From the IMG/VR virus record IMGVR_UViG_3300047386_000320, positions 1-59,921 of that record: a stretch of DNA of 59,921 nucleotides; one strand, 5' to 3'. The notes beneath the pieces were generated by a model. It made no database searches. It was not told the DNA's origin and saw nothing but the letters and a program-made list of their open reading frames with translations. Both the position numbers and the translations under genes were made by a program. Of this stretch, positions 19,794 through 28,910 are shown one piece after another. Position 1 is the stretch's first letter. Each line of letters starts with the position of its first letter. This DNA is from a virus. Lineage: Duplodnaviria; Caudoviricetes.

Positions 19794-19839
19794 TGATAAT
19801 AGCTCCTCCTGAGCCGTTCAAAAGCTTCGTAGTTATTAG

Positions 19840-20019
19840 CTATTTGTCGGCTTTCTCTAGCACCTCTAAGCGGTCGATTTTTATATCTTTATCGGCATCG
19901 AACGCGAGGCGTACTTGGTTACGGTCAACTTTCGAGACTTTGACGGCGAGTAAAACTTCATCATCTTTTTGCACGATAACGGATTCGTTTACTTTTCTTG
20001 TTAGTACCAGTCTCGACAT
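19840..20019 (-). CDS. csrA: CsrA/RsmA-family translational regulator
   Basis: MSRLVLTRKVNESVIV...VKVSKVDRNQVRLAFDADKDIKIDRLEV follows the CsrA pattern; ATG lies 1 nt after the pol stop. Confidence 0.85.
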   Translation of the reverse strand: MSRLVLTRKVNESVIVQKDDEVLLAVKVSKVDRNQVRLAFDADKDIKIDRLEVLEKADK

Positions 20020-20020
20020 A

Positions 20021-21820
20021 TTATTTACTGTACTCTTTTGCATATCCTCCCTCGGCGTCCAGTGGTAATTCAGCTGCCCAAAGAGGCGGGATACACATAT
20101 CAGTGATAATCTTTTCCATTGTATCACTAGGACTAATATTAGTTCCAGTAATAATTATCTCATCATGCACAGTTAATGCAACATCGTTCTCTTTACTGAG
20201 GCGTAGCATGCTGTCGGTGATGACAATGCGCGCTAAAGCTTGGATTACGTTTTCTGTAATTCGCCCGCCGTATGTGTATTCGGTCTTACCGCGAGACTCA
20301 TAGATGAGCCCGCCACTGCTGTATCGAAGATTGTGATATCGCAGCGCCATACCATTTGGCAGCACAAGTTTGCGTTCGCCGACTAGCAGGGGCCCATACT
20401 TGTTGCCGTAGTTATCGTGATGCATGGTTTGCTTGAGTAGATCTTCAAGCTTGCGCCACAAAGTAGGGATACCTCGGTACGTATTTCTGTACGTCGTTAC
20501 TACGTTCTGCGCTTCAGAAAGTGTGAAGTGAACAGGCGGGCCCATTGCCCCGGCGGCTAGCGTGTCTTTAAATTTCTGAGCACCCATTCCATAACCAAGA
20601 CCAAGGATCGCAGTCTTACCAACGAACCGTTCAACCGGATCGTCGTTTTTGTTGATGGGTCGTCCGTACACTGTGCTAGCGAATGAACTATAGATGTCAG
20701 CACCGTCACGGAACTGCTGCAGTAGGTCTGTTTCACCAGCTAGCCACGCAAGCATGCGAGCTTCAATATTAGATAAGTCAGCAACGAACAGCAGCTGATC
20801 ATCAGGTGCAACAATACACTTGCGAAGCTCACCACCTCGAGGGAGGTTTTGCATATTAAGTTTGTCAGTGCCACCAAAACGCCCAGTATGTGCAGCGTAA
20901 TAACGTAGAGGGACGGGCAACCAGTCATCTTTCCAAGCAGCAGATAAGAAGCGTTTGGCCCTGGTCTCTGTTAAACGACTCTTGACTGCTGTTCGGGCGT
21001 CCCAAATATGTTGGTATTCTGGATACATGTTTTGCATCTGTTTGAACGCTTTGTCGTTCTTACCCAGAGCAGGGATGTCTTTACCAGTGTTTGGACTTAC
21101 TTTGGTAGGTACAGCTAACTGCAGCTCATCTTCTATGTAAGCAGCAAACTGTTGGTTTGAACTAAGAATCTTTCGATCAATGCCACTGCCAGCGATTGTA
21201 GCTTCAGCGTTCCTGAACTCTTGTTCGTGGTACGTGGCCAGTCGTTCCCGGTCAATCTTTAGCTTTGGTTCACAGAACATGCGACAGGTTAGATCGATGA
21301 GGTCTAGCTCATCTTGTGGCATTGAATTCCATCGATGATAAATAGCGTATGTCAGGTCAACGTCCTGAATACAATAGCCAGCGATTTGCTCTTCAAGCTC
21401 AGGATCTAAATCCCATACGCCTTTTGCATTGGCTAGCTCTTCACCTTTCCGCATTGATTCATCGTTGGGGAAAGCTCGTGCAGCACAATCTTTAAGGCGG
21501 CTGCTCTGCCCAGGGTAGATGCCGCGACTCATTGCTGCAGTGTCTACATAATAAGCAGGCTTTACACCGTAGTATTGCGTCAGTATGTAACCATCGAACA
21601 ACGTGTTGTGACATACAACAGTAGCGTTGCTCCAGTCAATTGAACGAATGGCGTCTTCGGTTTCGTCTTCGCCGAACCACTCAGTATCTTCATGATTTAT
21701 CTTGATGCCTACGCCCCATACTTTGAAGCGCTCATCACTGACGTATTCCATTGTCGTGAGTTTGGTTAGGCTAAATTTCACATCGAAGTACGTTTCGAAA
21801 TCTAGCGTTACTATATCCAT
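20021..21820 (-). CDS. polA: DNA polymerase family A with 3'-5' exonuclease
   Basis: LDFET exo I, HTGR, NMQNLPR, ADLSNIEAR (motif A), KTAILGLGYG (motif B), VHDE (motif C). Confidence 0.95.
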   Translation of the reverse strand: MDIVTLDFETYFDVKFSLTKLTTMEYVSDERFKVWGVGIKINHEDTEWFGEDETEDAIRSIDWSNATVVCHNTLFDGYILTQYYGVKPAYYVDTAAMSRGIYPGQSSRLKDCAARAFPNDESMRKGEELANAKGVWDLDPELEEQIAGYCIQDVDLTYAIYHRWNSMPQDELDLIDLTCRMFCEPKLKIDRERLATYHEQEFRNAEATIAGSGIDRKILSSNQQFAAYIEDELQLAVPTKVSPNTGKDIPALGKNDKAFKQMQNMYPEYQHIWDARTAVKSRLTETRAKRFLSAAWKDDWLPVPLRYYAAHTGRFGGTDKLNMQNLPRGGELRKCIVAPDDQLLFVADLSNIEARMLAWLAGETDLLQQFRDGADIYSSFASTVYGRPINKNDDPVERFVGKTAILGLGYGMGAQKFKDTLAAGAMGPPVHFTLSEAQNVVTTYRNTYRGIPTLWRKLEDLLKQTMHHDNYGNKYGPLLVGERKLVLPNGMALRYHNLRYSSGGLIYESRGKTEYTYGGRITENVIQALARIVITDSMLRLSKENDVALTVHDEIIITGTNISPSDTMEKIITDMCIPPLWAAELPLDAEGGYAKEYSK

Positions 21821-22020
21821 TAAAAGGGTATCTCCTCAGCTCCGTTGCACTGATGCTGAGCGTAGATTTCACCTTCAATTCTTTTGTAACCAGCGATGAG
21901 TTCGCTGTAAAGGAATGGGTTGCGGGCCCTGATCCAGGCTGCAGTGTATGAATGAAACTCGGGATGAATACCGTCGTTTTCTAAGCCAATAAGCTCTTCA
22001 AAATACTCTTTTGTTTCCAT
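21820..22020 (-). CDS. Hypothetical protein
   Basis: AGGAG SD; coupled to pol; C-terminal EEIPF resembles an SSB-type interaction tail. Confidence 0.65.
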   Translation of the reverse strand: METKEYFEELIGLENDGIHPEFHSYTAAWIRARNPFLYSELIAGYKRIEGEIYAQHQCNGAEEIPF

Positions 22021-22029
22021 CGTACTCTC

Positions 22030-22221
22030 CTAGTAAGGCTGGAATATTTCTAAGACTTTAGTTGTCTCCCACTTTGGTCTTGCGTATTGATCTTCGGTAA
22101 TGACATGAAGATCGTTGTTGTCGTCGCACACCAGATAAGCGACTTTATTCAGAGTGTTCTGAATGAAATCGCCTTCTTCTATAGCTGCTGCGATATCAGT
22201 AAAAAGGGTAGGGGCAGTCAT
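22030..22221 (-). CDS. Hypothetical protein
   Basis: ATGA overlap with the DUF3310 stop; operon position. Confidence 0.55.
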   Translation of the reverse strand: MTAPTLFTDIAAAIEEGDFIQNTLNKVAYLVCDDNNDLHVITEDQYARPKWETTKVLEIFQPY

Positions 22222-22535
22222 TTGACTAAATGGGCAATCAATTTGTCTAAGTACCAACGTGCTTTACGTAAGTCTTCGACTGGACTCTTTTTATACTTCC
22301 ATCGGTGAAGATATTTTTTGACGTTGCCATCAAGATAAGCAGGGAAACCTTCTTTCAGGTTGTCTTCTAAATAATCAATACACTCAATCTTCCCGTAGTT
22401 GTAATGGGGCGGATGATTTACTGAGTCTTTAGAGGGTGGCATGTCGTAAGGATCTGTATACGAAGCTGCTTTCTTGGACGTGGCATCCCAATCGGATGGG
22501 GTTGCATCATCGATGCTAGAGACTTTCTTTCTCAT
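22218..22535 (-). CDS. DUF3310 family protein
   Basis: VNHPPHY...IECIDY...GNVKKYLHRW...EDLRKARWYL. Confidence 0.9.
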   Translation of the reverse strand: MRKKVSSIDDATPSDWDATSKKAASYTDPYDMPPSKDSVNHPPHYNYGKIECIDYLEDNLKEGFPAYLDGNVKKYLHRWKYKKSPVEDLRKARWYLDKLIAHLVK

Positions 22536-22567
22536 ATTATTTTACTCTCCTAGTAAATGGATTTAGA

Positions 22568-22596
22568 ATAATATCAGCACTAATATAATACCTCAA
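22568..22596 (-). promoter_or_regulatory. Sigma70 promoter with degenerate operator (ATAATAT-CAGCA-CTAATAT)
   Basis: Minus strand TTGAGG-17-TATTAT. Confidence 0.65.
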
Positions 22597-22820
22597 GTAA
22601 TAACGTGAAGGTCAGTTTCAATCCAGACTTTTGCACCACATGAGAGTGGTTTGTCAGGTGAGTAAACAACCTTAGCAACGGGCATTCCTTCTTCATCAAC
22701 GATTATTGCTTCGTTGGACTTCCTGTTCTGTTTGTAATCTTTAATCGTGATTACTGGTTCGTTGCCACCTTTACAATTGGCTCGAATATTATGCTGATTT
22801 ACGTGGATACGTGTTTTCAC
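22593..22820 (-). CDS. Hypothetical phage protein
   Basis: GTG start with GGAGG SD; RIHVNQHNIRAN...YSPDKPLSCGAKVWIET. Confidence 0.7.
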   Translation of the reverse strand: MKTRIHVNQHNIRANCKGGNEPVITIKDYKQNRKSNEAIIVDEEGMPVAKVVYSPDKPLSCGAKVWIETDLHVIT

Positions 22821-23929
22821 GCGGCCTCCAAAGGAATATGCACGGTCTGTCCCCAGGGAGCTTCGGTGCGTTCTGTGTTTATCCAAAGAACTGGATATGG
22901 TGGTTCGTCACCAAAGTCTGACTCGTAACACTCAAGGTCAGTCAAATAGACTGCTGCTTCTACATCAGGATGATGTTCATTGAGGTAGTCAAAGGCTGGT
23001 GCGAATCGAGTGCCACCACCACCGTGAATATTGTTTTCAGTTGGGAATGAATCGAACTCGGTGATCTCTTCGGTGTGTTGCACGTCGGCGTCACAGTGCA
23101 CAATAATTATGCTGTCTGGTCTGAGGTCACTGTGAATAGCAGCCATCTCTCCCATAAACTGAGTCCAGTACTCTGAACAAGAACCAGAAGAATCAAGAAG
23201 CACTGCCAACTTACCGGCTGACTCGCTGAACATAGAAGGTAGGTACTCGTCTTCCGATATGTACGCACGGTTTGGTTTACGCCAGCTGTAGTCATCATTA
23301 GAGAAAGACGCAACAAAGGGCCATAAAACAGAGCGCCAATCAACAAGTGGTTTGACGATGTCTTGGATGAAGTTTTGCAACTCACCCGGCATCTTGCCTG
23401 CTTGCTTTGCAACTTCAGCTGCTTGGGTAACAGCAACTTGCCATTCAGATTCCATAGCTGCATTACTGCCGCTTTGTACCTGACCAGCACCAGCGTCCAT
23501 GACCATGCCCCATGCACATTGTTTTGGCATGTTGTCGTCATCAAGCGCGTTGTAGATTGCTTCAGCATTCATGTCACGATACTTCTCATCGACCAGTGCA
23601 CCTTCAGGTAGCACGAAGCCGCAGTCGATAAGATGTAGGTTGATTGCAAAGTCGCATGCAATGTTCCAGCGCTTCGGGTCACGTGCTCCGCGCCGGGTCA
23701 TGTGGTTGAACACACAATGCATGACTTCGTGAGCAATAAGACCTTTGCGAGTTAGAGAGGAAAGCTTCTTTATATACTCTGGGTTGTATATAAGTCGCTT
23801 ACCATCCGTAGCAGCAGTCTTAGTGTCTTCAGTCAGGATCATTTTGAGGCGCATAGCTAATGTACCGAAGAACGGTTGATCCATTAGCAGCTGCGCCCGG
23901 GCTTTGAGCATGTCGCTTTCAGCAGACAT
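22817..23929 (-). CDS. DUF2201-type metallopeptidase plus vWA domain protein
   Basis: TAATDG, AHEVMH (HExxH), WNIACDFAIN, vWA MIDAS DSSGS, GGGTRF, YLTD. Confidence 0.9.
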   Translation of the reverse strand: MSAESDMLKARAQLLMDQPFFGTLAMRLKMILTEDTKTAATDGKRLIYNPEYIKKLSSLTRKGLIAHEVMHCVFNHMTRRGARDPKRWNIACDFAINLHLIDCGFVLPEGALVDEKYRDMNAEAIYNALDDDNMPKQCAWGMVMDAGAGQVQSGSNAAMESEWQVAVTQAAEVAKQAGKMPGELQNFIQDIVKPLVDWRSVLWPFVASFSNDDYSWRKPNRAYISEDEYLPSMFSESAGKLAVLLDSSGSCSEYWTQFMGEMAAIHSDLRPDSIIIVHCDADVQHTEEITEFDSFPTENNIHGGGGTRFAPAFDYLNEHHPDVEAAVYLTDLECYESDFGDEPPYPVLWINTERTEAPWGQTVHIPLEAA

Positions 23930-23930
23930 A

Positions 23931-24629
23931 TTAGCCTCCCATGAGTTTGGCGGTTAGAACAGTTTGGTTGGCGACGGTTGGATCAAAGCTGACTTGCTCT
24001 TTGATTGTTTGAGCGCGTTCAGCACGTGTAACTTTGACGTGCATCTGTTGTAGCTTTTCAGCAGGCACAAGAGACTCGGCAGCGGGCCATACCTCGAGCA
24101 GTTGCTTTAGCGTGTTACATTTATTAAGCAACTCTCTGATGCTCTGCTCATAAGTGCGCTTGGCATCCCAGTACTCATTGCGCGTCTGGCACAAGTCACC
24201 AGCTTTCTCAGCAAATTCTGCGAGATCTTCTGGAGCAGCGTCAGTGACATGAATGTTGGGTGAATACCAGCTTCTGTCGTTTGGCGCTTTGAGCATGGTA
24301 ATAGGTGTAGAAAAACGCAGCGCGAAGCCTTCCCAGGTATTGCGTGTTGTTGGGTTGTTGTTGCGTTGCTTAACCTCAACTTCTGCAATGTCGTTTTTCT
24401 CAACAGGCATATAAGTACTGCCATCTTCCATACCGGGGATACCCAACGCTTCGGCTTTTGCTTTCATGTCACGAAGAAAGGTTTGCTTGGGTGAGTTGTA
24501 AACAACTTTTTTAGTCAGCTCGATGAGCTCGTTATTTGGTTTGGGTTCAGGGTTAGCCGTTTCATAGGCGTTTTCTGCTGAGCGGAAAATTTGGTCGCGC
24601 AGCTCATGGGTCATTCTTACTGAAGCCAT
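23931..24629 (-). CDS. Nmad5-like protein (nucleotide-modification-associated domain)
   Basis: N-terminal VRMTxELRDQI and C-terminal LLNKCNTLKQLLEVWP...LVP pattern. Confidence 0.5.
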   Translation of the reverse strand: MASVRMTHELRDQIFRSAENAYETANPEPKPNNELIELTKKVVYNSPKQTFLRDMKAKAEALGIPGMEDGSTYMPVEKNDIAEVEVKQRNNNPTTRNTWEGFALRFSTPITMLKAPNDRSWYSPNIHVTDAAPEDLAEFAEKAGDLCQTRNEYWDAKRTYEQSIRELLNKCNTLKQLLEVWPAAESLVPAEKLQQMHVKVTRAERAQTIKEQVSFDPTVANQTVLTAKLMGG

Positions 24630-24639
24630 AGTTAGTCTC

Positions 24640-25638
24640 CTAGATTAATACTTCTGCATTTTTCTCAGTCCACTTGGTGAACGAGGTGTGAGTTACAAGT
24701 GAGCGTTCCTTGGCAAGACAATCGCGTACAACGATTACCTGGTACTCGGGAGGCATGCGGTTTGTGTACTTCATTACTGAGTCGAAGTTCTGTGCATCCA
24801 CGCGAGAGGTAAGTGCACCAGCAATAGCAAACAGGACTGATGTGCCTGTTGGTACTTTTGTGGTACTTGGGTTCTTGAGCAGTTGATCGATGTCAGGCAC
24901 TTCGTTGTAGATCTGCTTGAACGCAATGTACTCGCCAGCAGGGCCATCACCGATGATTGATGCACAACCGTAGAACTCATCTTCCATAAATGGCAGCTTT
25001 TTGTTCAGCATTTCCCAAGCACGTGGAGTAGGGAATGCATTCTGCGTGGAATCAACAGAGCTCAGCAGCGTAGGTCTATAGCGCAAGAAACTAACGATGG
25101 ATTCATCTACGTCGTTGTCGAGAGCCCATGCAACCCAGTCATCGATGTGCGCTTCAAGGGTGTAATGAGCGAAGCGGTTCTTAACTGGAGTAGGCATCTC
25201 ATGTACTGCAGCACGATCTTGTGCACGGTTACCGCAAGCCATAATGATCGTGTTAGGTGGAAGCTCATACGTACCGATCTTGCGATCAAGTATGAGTTGT
25301 AGCAGGGCGTTCTGTGTTGCTTTTGGCGCGTTAGGCAACTCATCAATAAGCAGCACTACCGTGCCTTGGTAGTTGGTATCAGGATAATCTTCTGGAACAC
25401 CGTAACGTGTTATGTAACGGCCATCAGCCATTTCAACAACTTTCAAACCGCCACGAACATCTACAGGGTCGAATAGGTTGGCACGTAGTTCAAAGACTTT
25501 GGCGTTGAGCAGCTTAGCGGTGAAGTAAGCAATCTGTGACTTACCTTCACCGGGGCCGCCCCAAATCATTGTTGGTACTTGAGCAATACCGTTAGCTTTT
25601 AGCTCTTTGATTAGAGCAGAGGGTCGAATCGTTCGCAT
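24640..25638 (-). CDS. MoxR-like AAA+ ATPase
   Basis: WGGPGEGKS, LLIDEL, QNALLQLILDR, ACGNR, KNRF, FPTPRAW; GGAG SD before ATG 25638. Confidence 0.9.
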   Translation of the reverse strand: MRTIRPSALIKELKANGIAQVPTMIWGGPGEGKSQIAYFTAKLLNAKVFELRANLFDPVDVRGGLKVVEMADGRYITRYGVPEDYPDTNYQGTVVLLIDELPNAPKATQNALLQLILDRKIGTYELPPNTIIMACGNRAQDRAAVHEMPTPVKNRFAHYTLEAHIDDWVAWALDNDVDESIVSFLRYRPTLLSSVDSTQNAFPTPRAWEMLNKKLPFMEDEFYGCASIIGDGPAGEYIAFKQIYNEVPDIDQLLKNPSTTKVPTGTSVLFAIAGALTSRVDAQNFDSVMKYTNRMPPEYQVIVVRDCLAKERSLVTHTSFTKWTEKNAEVLI

Positions 25639-25834
25639 GGGTGTCTCCGTCATGAGATTTTAGAAAGGGATCAAGTGAGCCAGTCTTTGGCTTACTTGGG
25701 TTTTGTTCACGCTGCTCGTCGTAAGCAGCATCTGGGTCGCCTTCATCGTAGGGCGCGTAGTAGCCTTTGCCCTCGACGTAGTCGGAATAGTCGTAACTGG
25801 GGTCGTCGCTTATGCGACATGGTTCATGGGACAT
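25592..25834 (-). CDS. Hypothetical early protein
   Basis: GGAGG upstream; tightly packed operon. Confidence 0.5.
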   Translation of the reverse strand: MSHEPCRISDDPSYDYSDYVEGKGYYAPYDEGDPDAAYDEQREQNPSKPKTGSLDPFLKSHDGDTHANDSTLCSNQRAKS

Positions 25835-25836
25835 GG

Positions 25837-26064
25837 TTAAGCCTCCAAGATTGATGAAACATCCTCAGCATCAGAATCAAACTCGACGTCTTCACAGGCT
25901 GTGTAGGTCAGGTCTTCATAGATGCAAGTGGATTCAATGATGGAGTCACCAAGCTGCAACGTACCGTCGTTGATGTCCGTCAACAGTTGTCCGTTGTCCG
26001 TGTCATCAGGCACGTTTATGGTGACCGTATATTGAATAAAGGCATTGAGTTCTACAGTTTTCAT
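25837..26064 (-). CDS. Hypothetical early protein
   Basis: Stop/start coupling; GAGG SD. Confidence 0.6.
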   Translation of the reverse strand: MKTVELNAFIQYTVTINVPDDTDNGQLLTDINDGTLQLGDSIIESTCIYEDLTYTACEDVEFDSDAEDVSSILEA

Positions 26065-26465
26065 TAGAAATCCTCGTCTATTTCACGTTGGGTTAAGCCG
26101 ATTTCCTCGGCGTATTGGTTGAGTCTTTCACCAGCTGTTATGAGCGCGTTGTAGCGATACTCTCGCTCTTCTTCAGTACACTCACCGTCCATGCTTAATA
26201 GTTCAGGGTCGAGACAGGTGCAGATACGCATGCATAAGTCGTCGAACTGCAGCTGGCTAAGTGGGTGTTTGTATTCCTCACTGTTGAAGTATGTGTGTGA
26301 GAGTTCGCCCCAACTGGTTTGATTCATAATCCACATGGCGGTGTTGAGGATGTGAGCAGCTACCTCGTTGTCTTGCGGGCCGTTGTAGCTATACATCTCC
26401 TTCACCTTCATTAGCTGGGCTAATAATTGTACCTGTAGGTAACCCATCAGGAAAGGAGCTAGCAA
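26064..26465 (-). CDS. Hypothetical early protein (true start probably ~26396)
   Basis: Operon packing; acidic composition. Confidence 0.55.
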   Translation of the reverse strand: MLAPFLMGYLQVQLLAQLMKVKEMYSYNGPQDNEVAAHILNTAMWIMNQTSWGELSHTYFNSEEYKHPLSQLQFDDLCMRICTCLDPELLSMDGECTEEEREYRYNALITAGERLNQYAEEIGLTQREIDEDF

Positions 26466-26574
26466 TAAGCTTTTCAGTAAAGTCGCAGTAGTACTCGACC
26501 ATACTGTTTTTTAGATCAGGGGATAAACCATCAAAGGCTTTTTCAAAGGCAGCTTTATGACTGAAATCATCCAT
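26389..26574 (-). CDS. Hypothetical early protein
   Basis: GGAG SD before MDDFSHK. Confidence 0.5.
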   Translation of the reverse strand: MDDFSHKAAFEKAFDGLSPDLKNSMVEYYCDFTEKLIASSFPDGLPTGTIISPANEGEGDV

Positions 26575-26749
26575 CTTTTTTCTCCAATTCAAAGGTGTGT
26601 ACTTCATCACAAAGGTCAAGAGCCTTGTTGATGGCTTCTAGAGCTTCAATTTCACGACCAGATGCGAGCATCGTGTGCATGAACTCAATTTGGAACCGAA
26701 TGCGCTGGCCGTAAGTACGGTCGTCGTCTTTTCTTTCAAACTTTTGCAT
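26567..26749 (-). CDS. Hypothetical early protein
   Basis: GGAG SD; coupled to neighbours. Confidence 0.6.
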   Translation of the reverse strand: MQKFERKDDDRTYGQRIRFQIEFMHTMLASGREIEALEAINKALDLCDEVHTFELEKKDG

Positions 26750-26971
26750 TTAATGCTCCGTTTTGTTTTCAATTCGAGGGAAGTTGATACGCAGCATGAT
26801 TTCGTTGAACACATCAGCTTCGAATCGTAAATCGACGTAGTCGTCGGCCGCTGCTAGGACATCTGCTTCTTCGAACGCATTAGACATCAGCATGCCTAGT
26901 TCCAAGCACTCTCTTAGCTCGAGCACATCTTCTACTCGAACAGTGATCTGTTCTTTTCCATCAATTTCCAT
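26750..26971 (-). CDS. Hypothetical early protein
   Basis: GAGGA SD; coupled to neighbours. Confidence 0.6.
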   Translation of the reverse strand: MEIDGKEQITVRVEDVLELRECLELGMLMSNAFEEADVLAAADDYVDLRFEADVFNEIMLRINFPRIENKTEH

Positions 26972-26980
26972 ATCAAGTCC

Positions 26981-27166
26981 TCAAAAGTTAATGACAATAT
27001 GTTCCACGCCTCGCTGTTTGGCTCGGCACAGATACTCTAGGTAATGAGCACTTGGTTCTTCACCAGTCTCATCTTCAAGTTTCCACAGACGTGCGCGCTC
27101 TTCGCGTATTGCTACGTCAATCGGTTGCAGTTCTGCGGGCACAACAGGGTTGCTTTCTGGAAGCAT
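26981..27166 (-). CDS. Hypothetical early protein
   Basis: GAGGA SD; coupled to neighbours. Confidence 0.6.
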   Translation of the reverse strand: MLPESNPVVPAELQPIDVAIREERARLWKLEDETGEEPSAHYLEYLCRAKQRGVEHIVINF

Positions 27167-27478
27167 TTAGTCCTCGCAAGTTTCACAGAAGTAGTTGTTT
27201 TCACACGCAGCTTGTTGAGCTGTCTTCACGCACTCTGAGTAGTACGTGTTGTCATCGTGGTGCTCAGCTGTAGCTACGTAATAGATGACGTTGACGAAGT
27301 GGTTCGAGGGCCCGTAAACAAGGTGCTCTGCACCGTCTTCTTCAATATGTTCTGCAACAGACCACATTTGAGTCTGCTCGAAACCTGCAGCAGCCATCTC
27401 ATCCGGAAAGTCGTACTTGTCTCCCGTATGCTTGACTAGTTCATTAAAGGGGAACTCACCCATAATGACTTTACTCAT
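27167..27478 (-). CDS. Hypothetical early protein
   Basis: GGAG SD; acidic with Cys/His-rich C-terminus. Confidence 0.6.
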   Translation of the reverse strand: MSKVIMGEFPFNELVKHTGDKYDFPDEMAAAGFEQTQMWSVAEHIEEDGAEHLVYGPSNHFVNVIYYVATAEHHDDNTYYSECVKTAQQAACENNYFCETCED

Positions 27479-27480
27479 AC

Positions 27481-27768
27481 TTACTCCGTAGCACCCTTAC
27501 GCTGCCAGAAGCGGAAGTTGCGCTTTGGCTTCTCGGGCTTTGGTGGTGGCTTTGGTACGACACGTTTAGCGACGTACAAGAAGATTGAGATGATTGCGCC
27601 AGCAATGAGGCCACTCATCATGCCTGCGAATGTGCCAGCGAATATCCAGATCAAGAAGAACGTAGCACCGATATCTACAAAGATGTCAGCTTTGCACACG
27701 CGGTGAATACCGAACTTGAGCAATAAAAAGATGATGCCAATAGCGGCAATGATTCCAGTAATAAACAT
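27481..27768 (-). CDS. Small multi-pass membrane protein
   Basis: About three hydrophobic segments followed by a Pro/Lys-rich tail; AAGGAG SD. Confidence 0.7.
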   Translation of the reverse strand: MFITGIIAAIGIIFLLLKFGIHRVCKADIFVDIGATFFLIWIFAGTFAGMMSGLIAGAIISIFLYVAKRVVPKPPPKPEKPKRNFRFWQRKGATE

Positions 27769-27932
27769 TACGAAGGCTCCTTTATGTATTTAAGTTTTGA
27801 TTCGAACCACATCTCAGCAGCTTCTAAACCTAGTTGAAGCCAAGACACAGTCGTTACCAGGACGCCGAAGACGACGCATCCAGTTTGATAGGCAGTTAAC
27901 TTTGCATAACGAATGAATTTTTCTTTATCCAT
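27768..27932 (-). CDS. Small membrane-associated hypothetical protein
   Basis: GGAG SD before MDKEKF; one hydrophobic segment. Confidence 0.55.
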   Translation of the reverse strand: MDKEKFIRYAKLTAYQTGCVVFGVLVTTVSWLQLGLEAAEMWFESKLKYIKEPS

Positions 27933-28071
27933 TGGGTTTCTCCATAGTTGAGATTTCTTGGAATAGATCATCAAGGTGATAAGGGTCATAGCCACGCACA
28001 TCGGCTTCTTCACAGAAGTTCATGAGGTAATCGATAGCGTCTAAGGCTTTCTTATAAGAATCTTTGTTCAT
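27925..28071 (-). CDS. Hypothetical early protein
   Basis: GGAGG SD before MNKDSY. Confidence 0.55.
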   Translation of the reverse strand: MNKDSYKKALDAIDYLMNFCEEADVRGYDPYHLDDLFQEISTMEKPNG

Positions 28072-28217
28072 TGACAGTCCTCCACGGATCGTTGTCCGTT
28101 GTTCGTGGTTAGCACACTGAATCCCGCTCGCTTTGCTCGCGATGATAGTGATGCTGTCGCATCCCAGATGATGATAGTGACGGCACACTGCATAGGTGTT
28201 GTGGGCGAGCGAGGTAT

Positions 28218-28251
28218 AAAAAAACCTCCACCACCCGAAGGTGGCAGAGGT
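28218..28251 (-). terminator. Intrinsic terminator
   Basis: ACCTCTGCCAC-CTTCGG-GTGGTGGAGGT plus T-run on the minus strand. Confidence 0.85.
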
Positions 28252-28259
28252 ACTAGGGG

Positions 28260-28910
28260 CTATGCCGCTCTACGGAATCTAGAACGACGCTCCGCTGACT
28301 GGTTCTCGCGAAGCTTGATTGCTACTTCCTCAAGATGAGCAAGACCAGAGTCAACATCTTCTAGCCGTGCTACCTCGTGCCACACACCATCGTCATCAGG
28401 TGCGTTCTCTACGAAGTAACCGAGTGGCGCAATCTCATCAAGATACGAGTTGCAATCCTTGGTGATCTCGGAATGTACAAAGTTGAGGCGTTCAAAGTCA
28501 TCGCGGACAATTTGTACAAGACCATCAAAGTCAACAGGCTCAATACCGAACTCTTCGCATAGATCATTTGCGTAGTCCTGACCAGTGCCACCTGAAGTGC
28601 GACCATCGAACTCAGCCTGATTGGCAATAGAGTTACGAAGTCTGCGGGCTTTCCACATTAGGTTGTTCTGAACATGCTGTATAAAAGACATCATATATTC
28701 AGGAGCAACGATGGGATCTTTACCGCGAACGCCATTCATCTTTTCAGACTCAACAGCCTCTCCACGTTCAGTTAAGAAATCTACATAAGCATCAGCGATA
28801 CGTAGTTGCGGATCAGGATCATTAAGAGCCTGAATGTAACGTGCAACTGGTGCATCGTAGTTAGACTTAGTAGCCATATCGGTTAATACAACATCAATTA
28901 GTGTATTCAT
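28260..28910 (-). CDS. Hypothetical early protein (216 aa)
   Basis: Long ORF with GGAG SD, followed by a terminator. Confidence 0.75.
   Translation of the reverse strand: MNTLIDVVLTDMATKSNYDAPVARYIQALNDPDPQLRIADAYVDFLTERGEAVESEKMNGVRGKDPIVAPEYMMSFIQHVQNNLMWKARRLRNSIANQAEFDGRTSGGTGQDYANDLCEEFGIEPVDFDGLVQIVRDDFERLNFVHSEITKDCNSYLDEIAPLGYFVENAPDDDGVWHEVARLEDVDSGLAHLEEVAIKLRENQSAERRSRFRRAA

Noticed and set aside
10028-23935. Operator half-sites at about 10028, 12642, 20133 and 23928
   Set aside because: Only one arm is present, mostly within coding sequence; not counted as operators
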